A stretch of 64,000 bases of DNA, taken from assembly GCF_056746865.1 (NCBI RefSeq), contig NZ_CM163382.1; one strand, 5' to 3'. How positions within the stretch are numbered: the first letter of the stretch is position 1; the number at the start of each line of letters is the position of its first letter. The notes under the pieces were generated by a model. The model searched no databases. It was given only the letters and a program-made list of their open reading frames with translations, and was not told where the DNA came from. Below are positions 33,970 to 48,969 of the stretch, one piece after another. A program made the translations under genes and the position numbers.

Positions 33970-34962
33970 TTACTCGCGGAACAGCGCTTCGATATTCAGC
34001 CCCTGCGTTTGCAGGATTTCGCGCAAACGGCGCAGGCCTTCAACCTGAATCTGGCGAACACGTTCACGGGTGAGGCCAATTTCACGACCTACATCTTCCA
34101 GTGTTGCCGCTTCGTACCCCAGCAAACCGAATCGACGTGCCAGCACTTCACGCTGTTTGGCGTTCAGCTCGAACAGCCATTTGACGATGCTCTGCTTCAT
34201 ATCGTCATCTTGCGTGGTATCTTCCGGACCGTTCTCTTTTTCATCGGCCAGGATGTCCAGCAACGCTTTTTCGGAATCACCACCCAGCGGGGTGTCTACC
34301 GAGGTAATGCGCTCGTTAAGACGAAGCATACGGCTGACGTCATCAACTGGCTTATCCAGTTGCTCTGCGATCTCTTCCGCACTTGGTTCGTGGTCCAGTT
34401 TATGGGACAACTCGCGTGCGGTTCGCAGGTAAACGTTCAGCTCCTTTACGATGTGAATCGGCAAACGAATAGTACGGGTTTGGTTCATAATCGCCCGTTC
34501 GATCGTCTGGCGGATCCACCAGGTTGCGTATGTTGAGAAGCGGAAACCACGTTCCGGGTCAAACTTCTCTACCGCGCGGATCAGCCCCAGGTTGCCCTCT
34601 TCGATCAGGTCCAACAGCGCCAGACCACGATTGCCATAACGGCGGGCAATCTTCACGACCAGACGCAGGTTACTTTCAATCATCCGGCGACGTGAAGCGA
34701 CATCTCCACGCAGTGCGCGACGCGCGAAATAAACTTCTTCTTCGGCCGTTAACAGTGGCGAATAACCAATCTCACCAAGGTAAAGCTGAGTCGCGTCCAA
34801 CACACGCTGTGTGGCCCCTTGCGATAACAGCTCCTCTTCAGCCAAATCGTTATCACTGGGTTCCTCTTCAACTAAGGCTTTCTCGTCAAAAACCTCAACT
34901 CCGTTCTCATCAAATTCCGCGTCTTCATTTAAATCATGAACTTTCAGCGTATTCTGACTCAT
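33970..34962 (-). CDS. rpoS: RNA polymerase sigma factor sigma-S
   Basis: 330-aa full-length ORF with sigma70-family regions 2-4; codon 33 is GAG (Glu). Confidence 0.95.
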   Translation of the reverse strand: MSQNTLKVHDLNEDAEFDENGVEVFDEKALVEEEPSDNDLAEEELLSQGATQRVLDATQLYLGEIGYSPLLTAEEEVYFARRALRGDVASRRRMIESNLRLVVKIARRYGNRGLALLDLIEEGNLGLIRAVEKFDPERGFRFSTYATWWIRQTIERAIMNQTRTIRLPIHIVKELNVYLRTARELSHKLDHEPSAEEIAEQLDKPVDDVSRMLRLNERITSVDTPLGGDSEKALLDILADEKENGPEDTTQDDDMKQSIVKWLFELNAKQREVLARRFGLLGYEAATLEDVGREIGLTRERVRQIQVEGLRRLREILQTQGLNIEALFRE

Positions 34963-35024
34963 AAGGTGGCTCCTACCCGTGATCCCTTGACGGAACTAGC
35001 AAGCAAAAGCCTGGTTCCGCCGAA

Positions 35025-36164
35025 TTATCGCTGCGGTAAATAACGCAGCGGGTTTACGGATTTCCCCTTGTAACGAATTTCAAAATGCAAGCGTGTTGAA
35101 CTGGTTCCGGTGCTACCCATGGTTGCTATTTTTTGCCCCGCCTTCACTTCTTGTTGTTCCCGGACCAGCATTGTGTCGTTATGGGCGTAGGCACTCAGGT
35201 AATCATCATTATGTTTGATGATAATCAGATTACCGTAGCCGCGCAGCGCGTTACCGGCATAAACAACGCGGCCATCTGCGGTCGCGATAATTGCCTGTCC
35301 TTTGCTGCCTGCGATATCAATCCCCTTGTTGCCCCCCTCAGAAGCGCCAAAGGTTTCGATCACTTTGCCCTCAGTCGGCCAGCGCCAGGTGGAGATAGGC
35401 GTACTGGTTGATGTACTGCTGACAGTCGGCTCGGTTGTGCTTGCTGTTGGTACCGTTACAGGCGCTGTGACCGTGGTCGCAGTTGGCTTGTTGTTCGGCA
35501 ACATTTTGTTAGCACTCTGTTCACCCGAAGACTCAGAATACGTAATTGTCGGTTGCGACGCAACAGCAACGGTGGAATTTTGTGCAGGCTTGATCACAAC
35601 TCCTTGCTCTGCTGCGTCGGCCTGGGTAATGGCATTTCCGCCAGTGATTGGCGTACCGGAAGCATTACCCACCTGTAAGGTCTGACCGACGTTCAGCGCG
35701 TATGGTGCCTGAATATTGTTGCGCTGAGCAAGGTCACGGAAATCGTTGCCAGTAATCCAGGCGATATAGAAAAGTGTGTCGCCTTTTTTCACGGTATAGG
35801 TACTGCCGCTATAACTGCCTTTCGGAATGTTCCCATACTGACGGTTATAGACGATGCGTCCGTTTTCCATCTGTACCGGCTGCTGAGCTACTGGCTGTAC
35901 TGGCTGGATTTGCGGTTGTTGAGTAGCCTGAATTTGTGGCTGCTGTACCGGCTGAATTTGCGGTTGCTGCGCTGTAGACGTCGTTCCCATTTTCGGCGGT
36001 GGCGTAATCAACATACCAGAATTGGTATTTGCAGGCGCATTGCCATTAACGGAGCTTACCGGTGCCGGTGGATTTGAAGTGTCAGAACAGCCTGCCAGCC
36101 ATAGCGAAACCAGTGACAAAGCCGCAATGCGGCGAACGGTGAATTTTGGGCTTCCCGCGCTCAT
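35025..36164 (-). CDS. nlpD: murein hydrolase activator lipoprotein NlpD
   Basis: 379 aa; lipoprotein signal (LAGCS), LysM, Q/P-rich repeat, C-terminal M23 peptidase-like domain. Confidence 0.9.
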   Translation of the reverse strand: MSAGSPKFTVRRIAALSLVSLWLAGCSDTSNPPAPVSSVNGNAPANTNSGMLITPPPKMGTTSTAQQPQIQPVQQPQIQATQQPQIQPVQPVAQQPVQMENGRIVYNRQYGNIPKGSYSGSTYTVKKGDTLFYIAWITGNDFRDLAQRNNIQAPYALNVGQTLQVGNASGTPITGGNAITQADAAEQGVVIKPAQNSTVAVASQPTITYSESSGEQSANKMLPNNKPTATTVTAPVTVPTASTTEPTVSSTSTSTPISTWRWPTEGKVIETFGASEGGNKGIDIAGSKGQAIIATADGRVVYAGNALRGYGNLIIIKHNDDYLSAYAHNDTMLVREQQEVKAGQKIATMGSTGTSSTRLHFEIRYKGKSVNPLRYLPQR

Positions 36165-36303
36165 TTATCCCCCAGGAAAAATTGGTTAATAACCAGTGAC
36201 ATAATTACCGTGCAAGGCACCATACTGAACACTGGAAAAGATGTTCACGATACGCTGACCTGCGGCAAAATAACCAGGAAAAATCCAGGTATTTCCTCAC
36301 GTT

Positions 36304-37665
<1,362 letters not shown>

Positions 37666-37685
<20 letters not shown>

Positions 37686-38715
37686 AATCACCTGTTGTGT
37701 TGATAAGTTCCCTGACAACGCTGGTTGCAAAACTACCCGCCGGAAGCCAGAAACGGATTTCTACGGTGACGTCATCCCACCAGTTCCAGCTTAATTGTTG
37801 CGGATACAGCAGCATCGCTCTGCGCGCGGCTTCAACTTTTTCGCGCACCAGTAAGGCTTGTAATTCAGTTTCTGCGGCGACAGCTGCTTGTTCGAATGCC
37901 AACGCTTCACGCTGAGTTCCCCATTCGCCACTGCCCGGCAATGCGGCGGTTATCATCAGCTCTTTATCGTTGACGCGACGCTGTAATTCCGCCAGTTCTT
38001 CGGTGGTTGCGACAAACCAGCTACCACGTCCGGCTAATTGTAGCGCATCGCCGTCAACAACTTGATTAACGTCTGCTTTTTTGAGGCGCTCAGCAACAAT
38101 CTGATTAAACAACGCACTGCGGGCTGCCGACAACCAAAAACTCCGTTTATTGCGATCGCGCACCGGAGTATTGGTTTGCGCCCAGCGCAGCGCGCCCTGC
38201 AAGTTGCTACCGCCAATCCCGAAACGTTGGGCACCGAAGTAGTTCGGTACACCTTTTACGCAAATATCGATCAGACGTTGTTCAACGTCATCGCGATTGC
38301 TCACTTCGCGCAGAACCAGGGTAAAGGCGTTACCTTTCAGCGCCCCTAAACGCAGCTTGCGCTTGTGCCGCACATACTCCAGCACCTGGCAGCCTTCCAG
38401 TTGAAAGGCGCTCAGATCGGGCATTTCCTTGCCCGGCACGCGAGCACATAACCACTGTTCCGTTACAGCATGTTTGTCTTTTTGCCCAGCGAAGCTGACT
38501 TCACGGGCATGAATTTTCAGGAATTTCGCCAGTGCATCCGCCACAAAACGGGTATTGCAGCCGTTTTTGAGGATTCTAACCAGAATATGCTCACCTTCAC
38601 CATCAGGCTCAAAGCCCAAATCTTCCACCACCACAAAGTCTTCCGGATTGGCTTTCAGCAACCCGGTGCCTTGCGGTTTACCGTGGAGGTAAGTGAGATT
38701 ATCAAACTCAATCAT
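37666..38715 (-). CDS. truD: tRNA pseudouridine(13) synthase
   Basis: 349-aa ORF between ispF and surE. Confidence 0.9.
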
Positions 38716-39191
38716 TTTGTTGCCTTAATGAGTAGCGCCACCGCTTCACAGGCAATCCCTTCCCCACGTCCGGTAAATCCAAGTTTTTCCGTAGTAGTGG
38801 CTTTCACGTTAACATCATCCATATGGCAGCCGAGATCTTCGGCAATAAACACGCGCATTTGTGGTATGTGCGGCAACATCTTCGGTGCCTGAGCGATGAT
38901 AGTGACATCGACGTTGCCCAGCGTATAACCCTTCGCCTGAATACGACGCCAGGCTTCGCGTAGCAGCTCGCGGCTGTCGGCACCTTTAAATGCCGGATCG
39001 GTATCCGGGAACAGCTTGCCGATATCCCCCAGCGCCGCCGCGCCAAGCAATGCATCGGTCAACGCATGGAGCGCCACGTCGCCATCAGAATGCGCCAGCA
39101 ATCCTTTTTCGTAAGGAATGCGTACGCCACCAATGATAATTGGGCCTTCACCGCCAAAGGCGTGTACGTCAAAACCGTGTCCAATTCGCAT
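38712..39191 (-). CDS. ispF: 2-C-methyl-D-erythritol 2,4-cyclodiphosphate synthase
   Basis: 159 aa; [13 protein letters not shown] start typical of IspF. Confidence 0.9.
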
Positions 39192-39901
39192 TATGTATTC
39201 TCCTGATGGATGGTTCGGGTGAGGTAAAACTCGGCCAGTGCCAAATCTTCCGGGCGCGTGACTTTAATGTTATCCGCGCGGCCTTCGACCAACTGCGGAT
39301 GAAATCCGCAATATTCCAGCGCCGAGGCTTCGTCGGTAATGGTAGCGCCTTCATTTAGAGCGCGCGTCAGGCAGTCATGTAACAGCTCACGAGGGAAAAA
39401 TTGCGGCGTCAGCGCGTGCCATAAGCCGTTGCGATCAACGGTATGAGCAATAGCATTTTTGCCCGGTTCGGCACGTTTCATCGTATCGCGCACTGGTGCG
39501 GCGAGGATCCCCCCCGTGCGGCTGGTTTCGCTCAACGTCAACAATCGCGCGAGGTCATCCTGATGCAGACAAGGACGAGCGGCGTCATGCACCAATACCC
39601 ACTGCGCGTCGCCAGCGGCTTTCAGACCTGCCAGCACCGAATCGGCACGCTCATCACCGCCATCTACAACGGTGATTTGCGGATGATTCGCCAGAGGAAG
39701 TTGTGCAAAACGGCTATCGCCAGGACTTATGGCAATGACGACACGTTTCACCCGGGGATGCGCCAGCAGCGCATGCACCGAGTGTTCAAGAATGGTTTGA
39801 TTACCGATTGAGAGATATTGCTTAGGACATTCCGTTTGCATTCGACGGCCAAATCCGGCCGCCGGAACCACGGCGCAAACATCCAAATGAGTGGTTGCCA
39901 T
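39191..39901 (-). CDS. ispD: 2-C-methyl-D-erythritol 4-phosphate cytidylyltransferase
   Basis: 236 aa; N-terminal [11 protein letters not shown] nucleotidyltransferase motif. Confidence 0.9.
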
Positions 39902-39919
39902 GTTAATTCCCGGGCTGAT

Positions 39920-40231
39920 TTATCGATTGTTTTGCCCCGCAGACTGTGCGCGCTTCGACGCGTCAGGCACCAGACGATAAAAAGTTTCGCCCGGCCTGGT
40001 CATGCTGAGTTCATTACGCGCACGCTCTTCGAGCGCCTCCTGGCCGCCATTGAGATCGTCAATTTCGGCAAAAAGTTGATCGTTTCGCGCTTTAAGTTTC
40101 GCGTTTGTAGCTTGCTGTGCCGCCACATCATCATTGACGCGGGTATAGTCATGTATACCGTTCTTACCGAACCACAGCGAATACTGTAGCCAGACCAGAA
40201 TAGCCAGCAACAGCAGCGTTAGTTTACCCAT
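39920..40231 (-). CDS. ftsB: cell division protein FtsB
   Basis: 103 aa; N-terminal TM helix plus coiled coil. Confidence 0.9.
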
Positions 40232-40424
40232 CCTGCCCCCTGAAAAACGGCATCATCATCCCATGCATCCGAAGACGACTCTACATCCTCTGTTGGGGAT
40301 ACCGCGACAACGCGGGCAAATGTACCACATTTGTCCATTGTTACGTATACCCAGGGCGTGCAGAACATAATCTCATTATTAGTTACGGTTTGAATTATGA
40401 ACAGAGGAGACAAGAAAGTACAAA

Positions 40425-40748
40425 TTAGCCCAGTAGCCACATAAACAGTGCGCCAAACATAATGCCTACTGTCATCAGGGTGAAAACAATACTGTAGCGT
40501 AGCTTTCCGTCCATCAATGAATGCAGCGCAATCCCCACCACTACTGCGACAGGCATCAGTGCCAGAAAGAAAGGCCAGGTGTAGATAAAGAAGAACAGCG
40601 TGTTAGAGCCATAAATCAACATCGGCATCGCCAGCGCAAATAACCAGGAGATAAAACCGACCACGGCACCAGGCAGTGACCATGTGGTTTCTTCATCCTC
40701 AGTAAGGCTGTCGTTATTTGTTAGTGTAATGTTATGGCTATTACGCAT
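40425..40748 (-). CDS. ygbE: small inner-membrane protein YgbE
   Basis: 107-aa hydrophobic ORF between cysC and ftsB. Confidence 0.8.
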   Translation of the reverse strand: MRNSHNITLTNNDSLTEDEETTWSLPGAVVGFISWLFALAMPMLIYGSNTLFFFIYTWPFFLALMPVAVVVGIALHSLMDGKLRYSIVFTLMTVGIMFGALFMWLLG

Positions 40749-40797
40749 ATTTGATCCTGTTACTTTGACGAACCGGGCATGGAAACCCGGTGGTGTC

Positions 40798-41403
40798 TCA
40801 GGATCTGATAATATCGTTCTGTCTCAACAGATCTAATAATTGCTGTACCAAATTTGTTACTAATTGTTCACCATTGAGATGAATTTCTGCCGATTCAGGC
40901 GCTTCGTAAACGGAATCTATTCCCGTAAAGTTGCGCAGTTCACCGGCACGCGCTTTCTTATATAAGCCTTTTGGATCGCGGGCTTCGCAAATCGCCAGCG
41001 GCGTATCGACAAATACTTCGATAAAGCGCCCTTCTCCTACGCGTTCACGAACCATCTGGCGTTCGGCGCGGTGTGGCGAGATGAATGCGGTCAGCACCAC
41101 CAGTCCGGCTTCAACCATCAAATTCGCCACTTCACCGACGCGACGGATATTCTCTTTACGATCGGCATCGCTAAAACCGAGATCGCTGCATAATCCGTGG
41201 CGAACATTGTCGCCATCCAGCAGATACGTACTGACGCCGAGTTTATGTAACGCCTCCTCCAGCGCCCCGGCGACCGTTGATTTACCGGACCCGGAGAGGC
41301 CGGTAAACCACAGCACTACACCACGATGACCGTGGTGTAGCTCGCGTTGTTGTACAGTGACTGGATGGCTATGCCAGACGACGTTTTCGTCATGCAGCGC
41401 CAT
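40798..41403 (-). CDS. cysC: adenylylsulfate kinase
   Basis: 201 aa; P-loop GLSGSGKST. Confidence 0.9.
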
Positions 41404-42830
41404 TATTTATCCCCCAGCAAATCGCGTGCGCCCCAGTGCGGAAAGTGGCGACGAACCAGGGCATTCAATTCCAGTTCAAATGCACTGAATTCAGATGGCG
41501 CAGCAGTTGCCTGGCTAACTGGCTCGTGCACCATACCGGCACCCACGGTCACATTGCTCAGGCGATCGATAAAAATCAGCCCACCGGTAACCGGATTTTG
41601 CTGATAACGATCTAACACCAGTGGCTCGTCAAAAGTGAGATCCACCAGGCCGATGCCGTTCAGCGGCAGGTTTTCAACTTCGCGTTGGGTAAGGTTATTA
41701 ATATCAACCTGATAACGAATACCATCAACACGAGCACGCGTCTTCTTACCGGCAATTTTGATGTCATAACTCTGGCCCGCGGAAAGCGGCTGTTCCGCCA
41801 TCCATACCACATCCACCGACGCGCTCTGCACAGCCGGTAACGCTTCGTCTGCCGCCAGCAGCAGATCGCCACGGCTGATGTCGATCTCATCCGTCAGCAC
41901 TAGGGTGATCGCTTCTCCGGCAAAGGCTTCTTCGCGATCGCCATCAAAAGTCACGATCCGCGCGACGTTTGATTCCACACCAGAGGGCAGCACTTTGACA
42001 CGTTGCCCGACTTCCACTCGACCGGATGCCAGCGTTCCGGCGTAGCCACGAAAATCGAGATTCGGGCGATTAACGTACTGCACCGGGAAGCGCATTGGCT
42101 GGGCATCCACCACTCGCTGGATCTCCACGGTTTCCAGCACTTCGAGCAGTGTCGGACCGCTGTACCACGGCATACTTTCACTTTGCGAAGCCACGTTGTC
42201 GCCTTCCAGTGCAGAGAGCGGCACAAAGCGGATATCCAGATTACCCGGCAGCTGCCCGGCAAACGTCAGATAATCTTCGCGAATACGGGTGAACGTCTCT
42301 TCACTGTAACCCACCAGATCCATTTTGTTGATCGCCACGACCAGATGTTTGATCCCCAACAGTGTGGAGATAAAACTGTGACGACGGGTTTGATCGAGCA
42401 CGCCTTTACGGGCATCGATCAGTAAGATCGCCAGTTCACATGTCGATGCGCCAGTCGCCATATTGCGAGTGTACTGCTCGTGCCCTGGGGTATCGGCGAT
42501 AATAAATTTACGCTTCTCGGTAGAGAAATAACGGTAAGCCACGTCAATGGTGATGCCCTGTTCGCGCTCAGCTTGCAGGCCGTCCACCAGCAGAGCCAGA
42601 TCCAGCTTTTCGCCCTGGGTGCCGTGACGCTTACTGTCGTTATGCAGCGATGAGAGCTGATCTTCGTAGATTTGGCGGGTATCGTGCAGCAGACGACCAA
42701 TCAGGGTACTTTTTCCGTCATCGACGCTACCACAAGTCAGAAAACGCAGCAGGCTTTTATGTTGTTGCGCAATCATCCAGGCTTCGACGCCGCCTTCATT
42801 GGCGATTTGTTGTGCAAGTGCGGTGTTCAT
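41403..42830 (-). CDS. cysN: sulfate adenylyltransferase subunit 1 (GTPase)
   Basis: 475 aa; GTPase motifs GSVDDGKST and DTPGH. Confidence 0.9.
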
Positions 42831-42831
42831 C

Positions 42832-43740
42832 TTAAAAATACCCCTGACGTTTTTTCAACTCCATGGATCCCGCCTGGTCGCGGTCAATCACGCGACCCTG
42901 ACGTTCACTGGTGGTGGAAACCAGCATCTCTTCGATGATTTCCGGCAGTGTTTGTGCATTTGACTCCACCGCACCGGTCAGCGGCCAGCAGCCCAGCGTA
43001 CGGAAACGCACCATCCGTTTTTTAATCACTTCTCCCGGTTGCAGGTCGATACGGTTGTCATCAATCATCATCAACATACCGTCGCGTTCCAGAACCGGTC
43101 GTTCCGCAGCGAGATACAGTGGAACAATGTCAATATTTTCCAGCCAGATGTATTGCCAGATATCCTGCTCGGTCCAGTTAGAGAGCGGGAAGACGCGGAT
43201 GCTTTCGCCTTTGTTAATTTGCCCGTTGTAGTTGTGCCACAGCTCCGGGCGCTGATTTTTCGGATCCCAGCGATGGAAGCGGTCACGGAAAGAGTAGATT
43301 CGCTCTTTAGCGCGGGATTTCTCTTCGTCGCGGCGCGCACCACCGAAGGCGGCATCAAAACCGTATTTGTTCAGCGCCTGTTTCAGGCCTTCAGTTTTCA
43401 TAATATCGGTATGTTTCGCGCTGCCATGAACGAATGGATTAATCCCCATCGCTACGCCTTCCGGGTTTTTATGCACCAGCAGCTCGCAGCCGTAGGCTTT
43501 AGCCGTACGATCGCGGAACTCATACATCTCGCGGAATTTCCAGCCGGTATCGACATGCAGCAACGGGAAAGGCAGCGTACCTGGATAAAACGCCTTGCGC
43601 GCCAGATGCAGCATGACGCTGGAATCTTTACCGATAGAGTAGAGCATCACCGGATTTGAGAATTCTGCCGCCACCTCGCGAATAATGTGGATGCTTTCCG
43701 CCTCCAGTTGCCGCAGGTGAGTAAGTCGTTTTTGATCCAT
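42832..43740 (-). CDS. cysD: sulfate adenylyltransferase subunit 2
   Basis: 302 aa; PAPS-reductase-like fold; first gene of cysDNC. Confidence 0.9.
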   Translation of the reverse strand: MDQKRLTHLRQLEAESIHIIREVAAEFSNPVMLYSIGKDSSVMLHLARKAFYPGTLPFPLLHVDTGWKFREMYEFRDRTAKAYGCELLVHKNPEGVAMGINPFVHGSAKHTDIMKTEGLKQALNKYGFDAAFGGARRDEEKSRAKERIYSFRDRFHRWDPKNQRPELWHNYNGQINKGESIRVFPLSNWTEQDIWQYIWLENIDIVPLYLAAERPVLERDGMLMMIDDNRIDLQPGEVIKKRMVRFRTLGCWPLTGAVESNAQTLPEIIEEMLVSTTSERQGRVIDRDQAGSMELKKRQGYF

Positions 43741-43991
43741 AACCGTTCCTTTGCAATACCGCTATTTTCTTGCCATCAGATGTTTCGACTATAGGGAGCG
43801 CAGGAGAACGAATGAAATTACCAATTAGAATGAGTAGTTCCTTAACGGAATAACGATTTGGCAAAGCTAATATCAAAAAGTGCTTAAGGCACCGGATTTC
43901 GGGCGTTTAGGAAGATTTGAAATTGTTTTAGCGCATCGGCAGTTTCATACTATGGCGGTAAAAAAATTTGCATGGTATTTAAGGACTCACT

Positions 43992-45029
43992 ATGTTTTCC
44001 GCATTGCGCCACCGTACCGCTGCCCTGGCGCTCGGCGTATGCTTTATTCTCCCCGTACACGCCTCGTCATCTAAACCTGGCGATTTTGCTAATACTCAGG
44101 CACGACATATTGCTACTTTCTTTCCGGGACGCATGACCGGAACTCCAGCAGAAATGTTATCTGCCGATTATATTCGCCAACAGTTTCAGCAAATGGGTTA
44201 TCGCAGTGATATTCGGACATTTAATAGTCGGTATATTTATACCGCCCGCGATAATCGCAAGAGCTGGCATAACGTGACGGGAAGTACGGTGATTGCCGCT
44301 CATGAAGGCAAAGCGCCGCAGCAGATCATCATTATGGCGCATCTGGATACTTACGCCCCGCTGAGCGATGCTGACGCCGATGCCAATCTCGGCGGGCTGA
44401 CGTTACAAGGAATGGATGATAACGCCGCAGGTTTAGGTGTCATGCTGGAATTGGCAGAACGCCTGAAAAATACGCCTACCGAGTATGGTATTCGATTTGT
44501 GGCGACCAGTGGTGAAGAGGAAGGGAAATTAGGTGCTGAGAATTTACTCAAGCGGATGAGTGACACCGAAAAGAAAAATACGCTGCTGGTGATTAATCTC
44601 GATAACTTAATTGTTGGCGATAAATTGTATTTCAACAGCGGCGTAAAAACCCCTGAAGCAGTAAGGAAATTAACGCGCGACAGGGCGCTGGCAATTGCGC
44701 GTAGTCATGGAATTGCCGCAACGACCAATCCGGGTTTGAATAAAAATTATCCGAAGGGTACTGGCTGTTGTAATGACGCCGAAGTTTTCGACAAAGCCGG
44801 TATTGCCGTACTTTCGGTAGAAGCAACAAATTGGAATCTTGGGAATAAGGATGGTTATCAGCAACGCGCAAAAACAGCTGCATTCCCTGCGGGAAATAGC
44901 TGGCATGACGTAAGACTGGATAATCAACAACATATTGATAAGGCACTTCCAGGAAGAATAGAACGTCGCTGCCGTGATGTTATGCGGATAATGCTACCGC
45001 TGGTGAAGGAGCTGGCGAAGGCGTCTTGA
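43992..45029 (+). CDS. iap: alkaline phosphatase isozyme conversion aminopeptidase
   Basis: 345 aa with signal peptide and M28-type peptidase features; classic neighbour of the E. coli CRISPR array. Confidence 0.9.
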   Translation: MFSALRHRTAALALGVCFILPVHASSSKPGDFANTQARHIATFFPGRMTGTPAEMLSADYIRQQFQQMGYRSDIRTFNSRYIYTARDNRKSWHNVTGSTVIAAHEGKAPQQIIIMAHLDTYAPLSDADADANLGGLTLQGMDDNAAGLGVMLELAERLKNTPTEYGIRFVATSGEEEGKLGAENLLKRMSDTEKKNTLLVINLDNLIVGDKLYFNSGVKTPEAVRKLTRDRALAIARSHGIAATTNPGLNKNYPKGTGCCNDAEVFDKAGIAVLSVEATNWNLGNKDGYQQRAKTAAFPAGNSWHDVRLDNQQHIDKALPGRIERRCRDVMRIMLPLVKELAKAS

Positions 45030-45049
45030 TGGGTTTGAAAATAGGAGCT

Positions 45050-46176
45050 GGGAGTTCTACCGCAGGGGCGGGGAACTCCAAGTGATGTCCATCATCGCAT
45101 CCAGTGCGTCCGGTTTATCCCCGCTGACGCGGGGAACACACATGAATGTCGGTTCAGACCGTGTTTTTACCCGGTTTATCCCCGCTGGCGCGGGGAACAC
45201 TGCCTCGGCGGCGGCTCTGCGCAACCGCGAAACGGTTTATCCCCGCTGGCGCGGGGAACACGTTAAACCGTGATGATCAGCAAAAGCTATTTCCGGTTTA
45301 TCTCCGCTGACGCGGGGAACACGTCAATAGGCGGCGTCCCGTAGCCGTCCCCTTCGGTTTATCCCCGCTGGCGCGGGGAACACTTGAAATGGTCCAGCAC
45401 TGCGACCGTCGGCCCCGGTTTATCCCCGCTGGCGCGGGGAACACGCTGGTGGCGCGGGCAAACGGAACAATCCCGCCGGTTTATCCCCGCTGGCGCGGGG
45501 AACACGCTAACCTATAACACGGAAAATCACACGCTAACGGTTTATCCCCGCTGGCGCGGGGAACACGGCCATTCCCCCAAGCAGACGCAGGAAGTTAACG
45601 GTTTATCCCCGCTGGCGCGGGGAACACCTGGATTTCACCTCAGCAAATGCTGGATGTGGCGGTTTATCCCCGCTGGCGCGGGGAACACCACCCCTGATAT
45701 TTTTGCCACCGTGGTTACTCCGGTTTATCCCCGCTGGCGCGGGGAACACAGAAATCAAACTCAGCGTGCAAATGGGGTAGCCGGTTTATCCCCGCTGGCG
45801 CGGGGAACACTTGCGTTATTTCTATCTGGTGAGTCGCGGCACCGGTTTATCCCCGCTGGCGCGGGGAACACGTATTTTTTATCGTCGCATGAGTCGCGGT
45901 AACCGGTTTATCCCCGCTGGCGCGGGGAACACTTCTGCCGCGCCAGCAAACGTATCGGCGGTCACGGTTTATCCCCGCTGGCGCGGGGAACACCCCAGGC
46001 CAAGCATTATATCCTGTGCGTCGTTCGGTTTATCCCCGCTGGCGCGGGGAACACACCAAGAAGCTGACGAATCAGCCCGACACGCACGGTTTATCCCCGC
46101 TGGCGCGGGGAACACCCAGTTTCATATGAGCCGCCGCGCTGGATCATCGGTTTATCCCCGCTGGCGCGGGGAACAC
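45050..46176 (-). CRISPR. type I-E CRISPR array: 18 full 29-bp repeats plus one degenerate terminal repeat, 18 spacers of 32 bp
   Basis: repeat cggtttatccccgctggcgcggggaacac at exact 61-bp period starting 45111 through 46148; variants at 45111 and 45294; degenerate copy 45050-45078; leader on the cas2 side. Confidence 0.97.
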
Positions 46177-46272
46177 ACTAAGCATACATAACTGTTTTTA
46201 AACAAATTTATTCCGCATCAACAATCTACCAACTAAATTAAAACATTTCCTTATTTTTAAAGAACAGATAAC
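46177..46272 (-). promoter_or_regulatory. CRISPR leader
   Basis: AT-rich ~95 bp between last repeat and cas2 stop. Confidence 0.6.
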
Positions 46273-47482
<1,210 letters not shown>

Positions 47483-47486
<4 letters not shown>

Positions 47487-48133
47487 GCCTCTGCTCCGGG
47501 TTTGATCAGCATCAGACCACAGCCGAACGCGCGGCTTTTGCCATACCCCTGGCTCAGACGTTGCAGAAATAACCCGGGATCGGTGACCGTAAGCATCCCC
47601 GTATAATCCACGCTACTGAACTGGATCAGTTGCCGGGAGTTTTCCCGCCACAGTTGCTGTTGTCGGTAGGCATCAACCGAGGTATCCAGCAGTGTAAAAC
47701 CGCTTCTCTCCCCCTGCGCTGCCAGCCAGTCCAGCGCCGCCTGTTGTTGATGCAACCAGACATCACTTCCTTCCGCCTGCCCCCTCACCTGCCGTTTCGC
47801 CTCCATCAGCAGATCGTGGCGCTTGCCCGCTTTACAGATTGTTGGATTCGCCCGCAGGTTGAAACAAAGTTGTTGTCCGGTACGCAGCTCGGGCACAAAT
47901 GACCGGCATTCGATGGTGAACGTTTCACTTTCTGCCGGGCGTTCCTGCGACAGTACAAAAAAGCGAAACGCGCCCTGGAGTTCTTCCCGACGATAAAGAA
48001 ATTGCCTTTCTTTGCCGCCAGGGAAGAGATCCCACAGCCACTGATGCATCACATATTCCCCGCGATCCACCAGATGCAGCAACTGCGCAGGCGAAAGCTG
48101 GCCGGTATGTAAGGTTATTCTTGAGAGGTACAT
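47483..48133 (-). CDS. cas6e: Cas6e (CasE) crRNA endoribonuclease, divergent I-E variant
   Basis: 216 aa from MYLSRITLHTG with RBS GGAGGA; conserved MYLS N-terminus, FNLRANP and C-terminal GKSRAFGCGL. Confidence 0.8.
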
Positions 48134-48837
48134 GGTTCCTCCTTGCTGAGCCACGGCCCCTGATTGACGGTGCGTTCCCCAAACAACCATTGCTGACGAT
48201 TTAAAGGAACATCCCGGCGGCGCAATATTTTGCTCGCGACCAGGCCGTCGTGCTCCCCTTCCCACCAGCATTCATCCTGAAGTTTCGGGAGTGCGATTTT
48301 CAGGTCGTGGAAATGCTCCTGATACTGGTGATATGCGTTACGTAAAACATCAGACGCGTTGCCTTCAAGCAGTAACGGCGCAAGTGGTAATGCCAGCGGA
48401 TGACTTTTTCGCCCCAGATAAAGCGGAAAAACTGGATGGCGTAAACCGCCCTGCAACTGTTCGAGGCTGTAAGGCGCATCGGCTGTTGTTGCCACCGCCA
48501 CCATCCACCAGGCGTCGGTGTAGTAGTCGCGCCGGGAGATAATCGCGCTCAGAAGATCAGGGTCGCTCAACTCTTCGCGACGGCTGAAATAACGCGCTTT
48601 ACGCACCTCTTTTGGCATCTGGATTGTGTGATAATCCCGTGCCCAGCGCGGGTTACGGCTGGCGCAAACCACCAGTGAATAGTGGCGGTTAAACACGTTT
48701 AATCGTTCGGTATCATCACGCCGAATCCCTACCCCGGCAGCCAGCAGCCCCAGCAATGCTGAGCGCGAAGGCAGTTCATGGGTATGACGCACTTCGCCCG
48801 CTCCAAACAAACATTTCTCAACGTCTACTGAAGTCCA
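48115..48837 (-). pseudogene. cas5e: cas5e (casD) lacking its 5-prime end
   Basis: frame reads ...HELPSRSALLGLLAAGVGIRRDD (Cas5 glycine-rich motif) but hits a stop at 48838-48840 with no ATG; upstream is AT-rich island DNA. Confidence 0.65.
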
Positions 48838-48969
48838 TCAAATCCACGAATATCAAGCCTTTCAGCCATTTTCATAGCTTATTAACGTCTACTCACAACT
48901 ACCAGAATCTACACACAGAAGTGTATAGTAATGCGTATAGGACAAAATTTATTTTTTGGAGCTATACAC

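Noticed and set aside
35800-36000. Tandem nucleotide repeat inside nlpD
   Set aside because: It encodes the Q/P-rich linker (QPQIQ repeats) of NlpD; ordinary coding low-complexity region, not a separate element.
40219-40440. 73-aa minus-strand ORF between ftsB and ygbE
   Set aside because: Lies in the ftsB upstream region, overlaps both neighbours' ends, no RBS, no recognisable features.
48134-48271. N-terminal 46-codon extension of the cas6e ORF (262-aa version in the ORF track)
   Set aside because: That stretch is the 3-prime end of cas5e read in another frame; the ATG at 48131-48133 has a GGAGGA RBS and gives the conserved MYLS Cas6e N-terminus.
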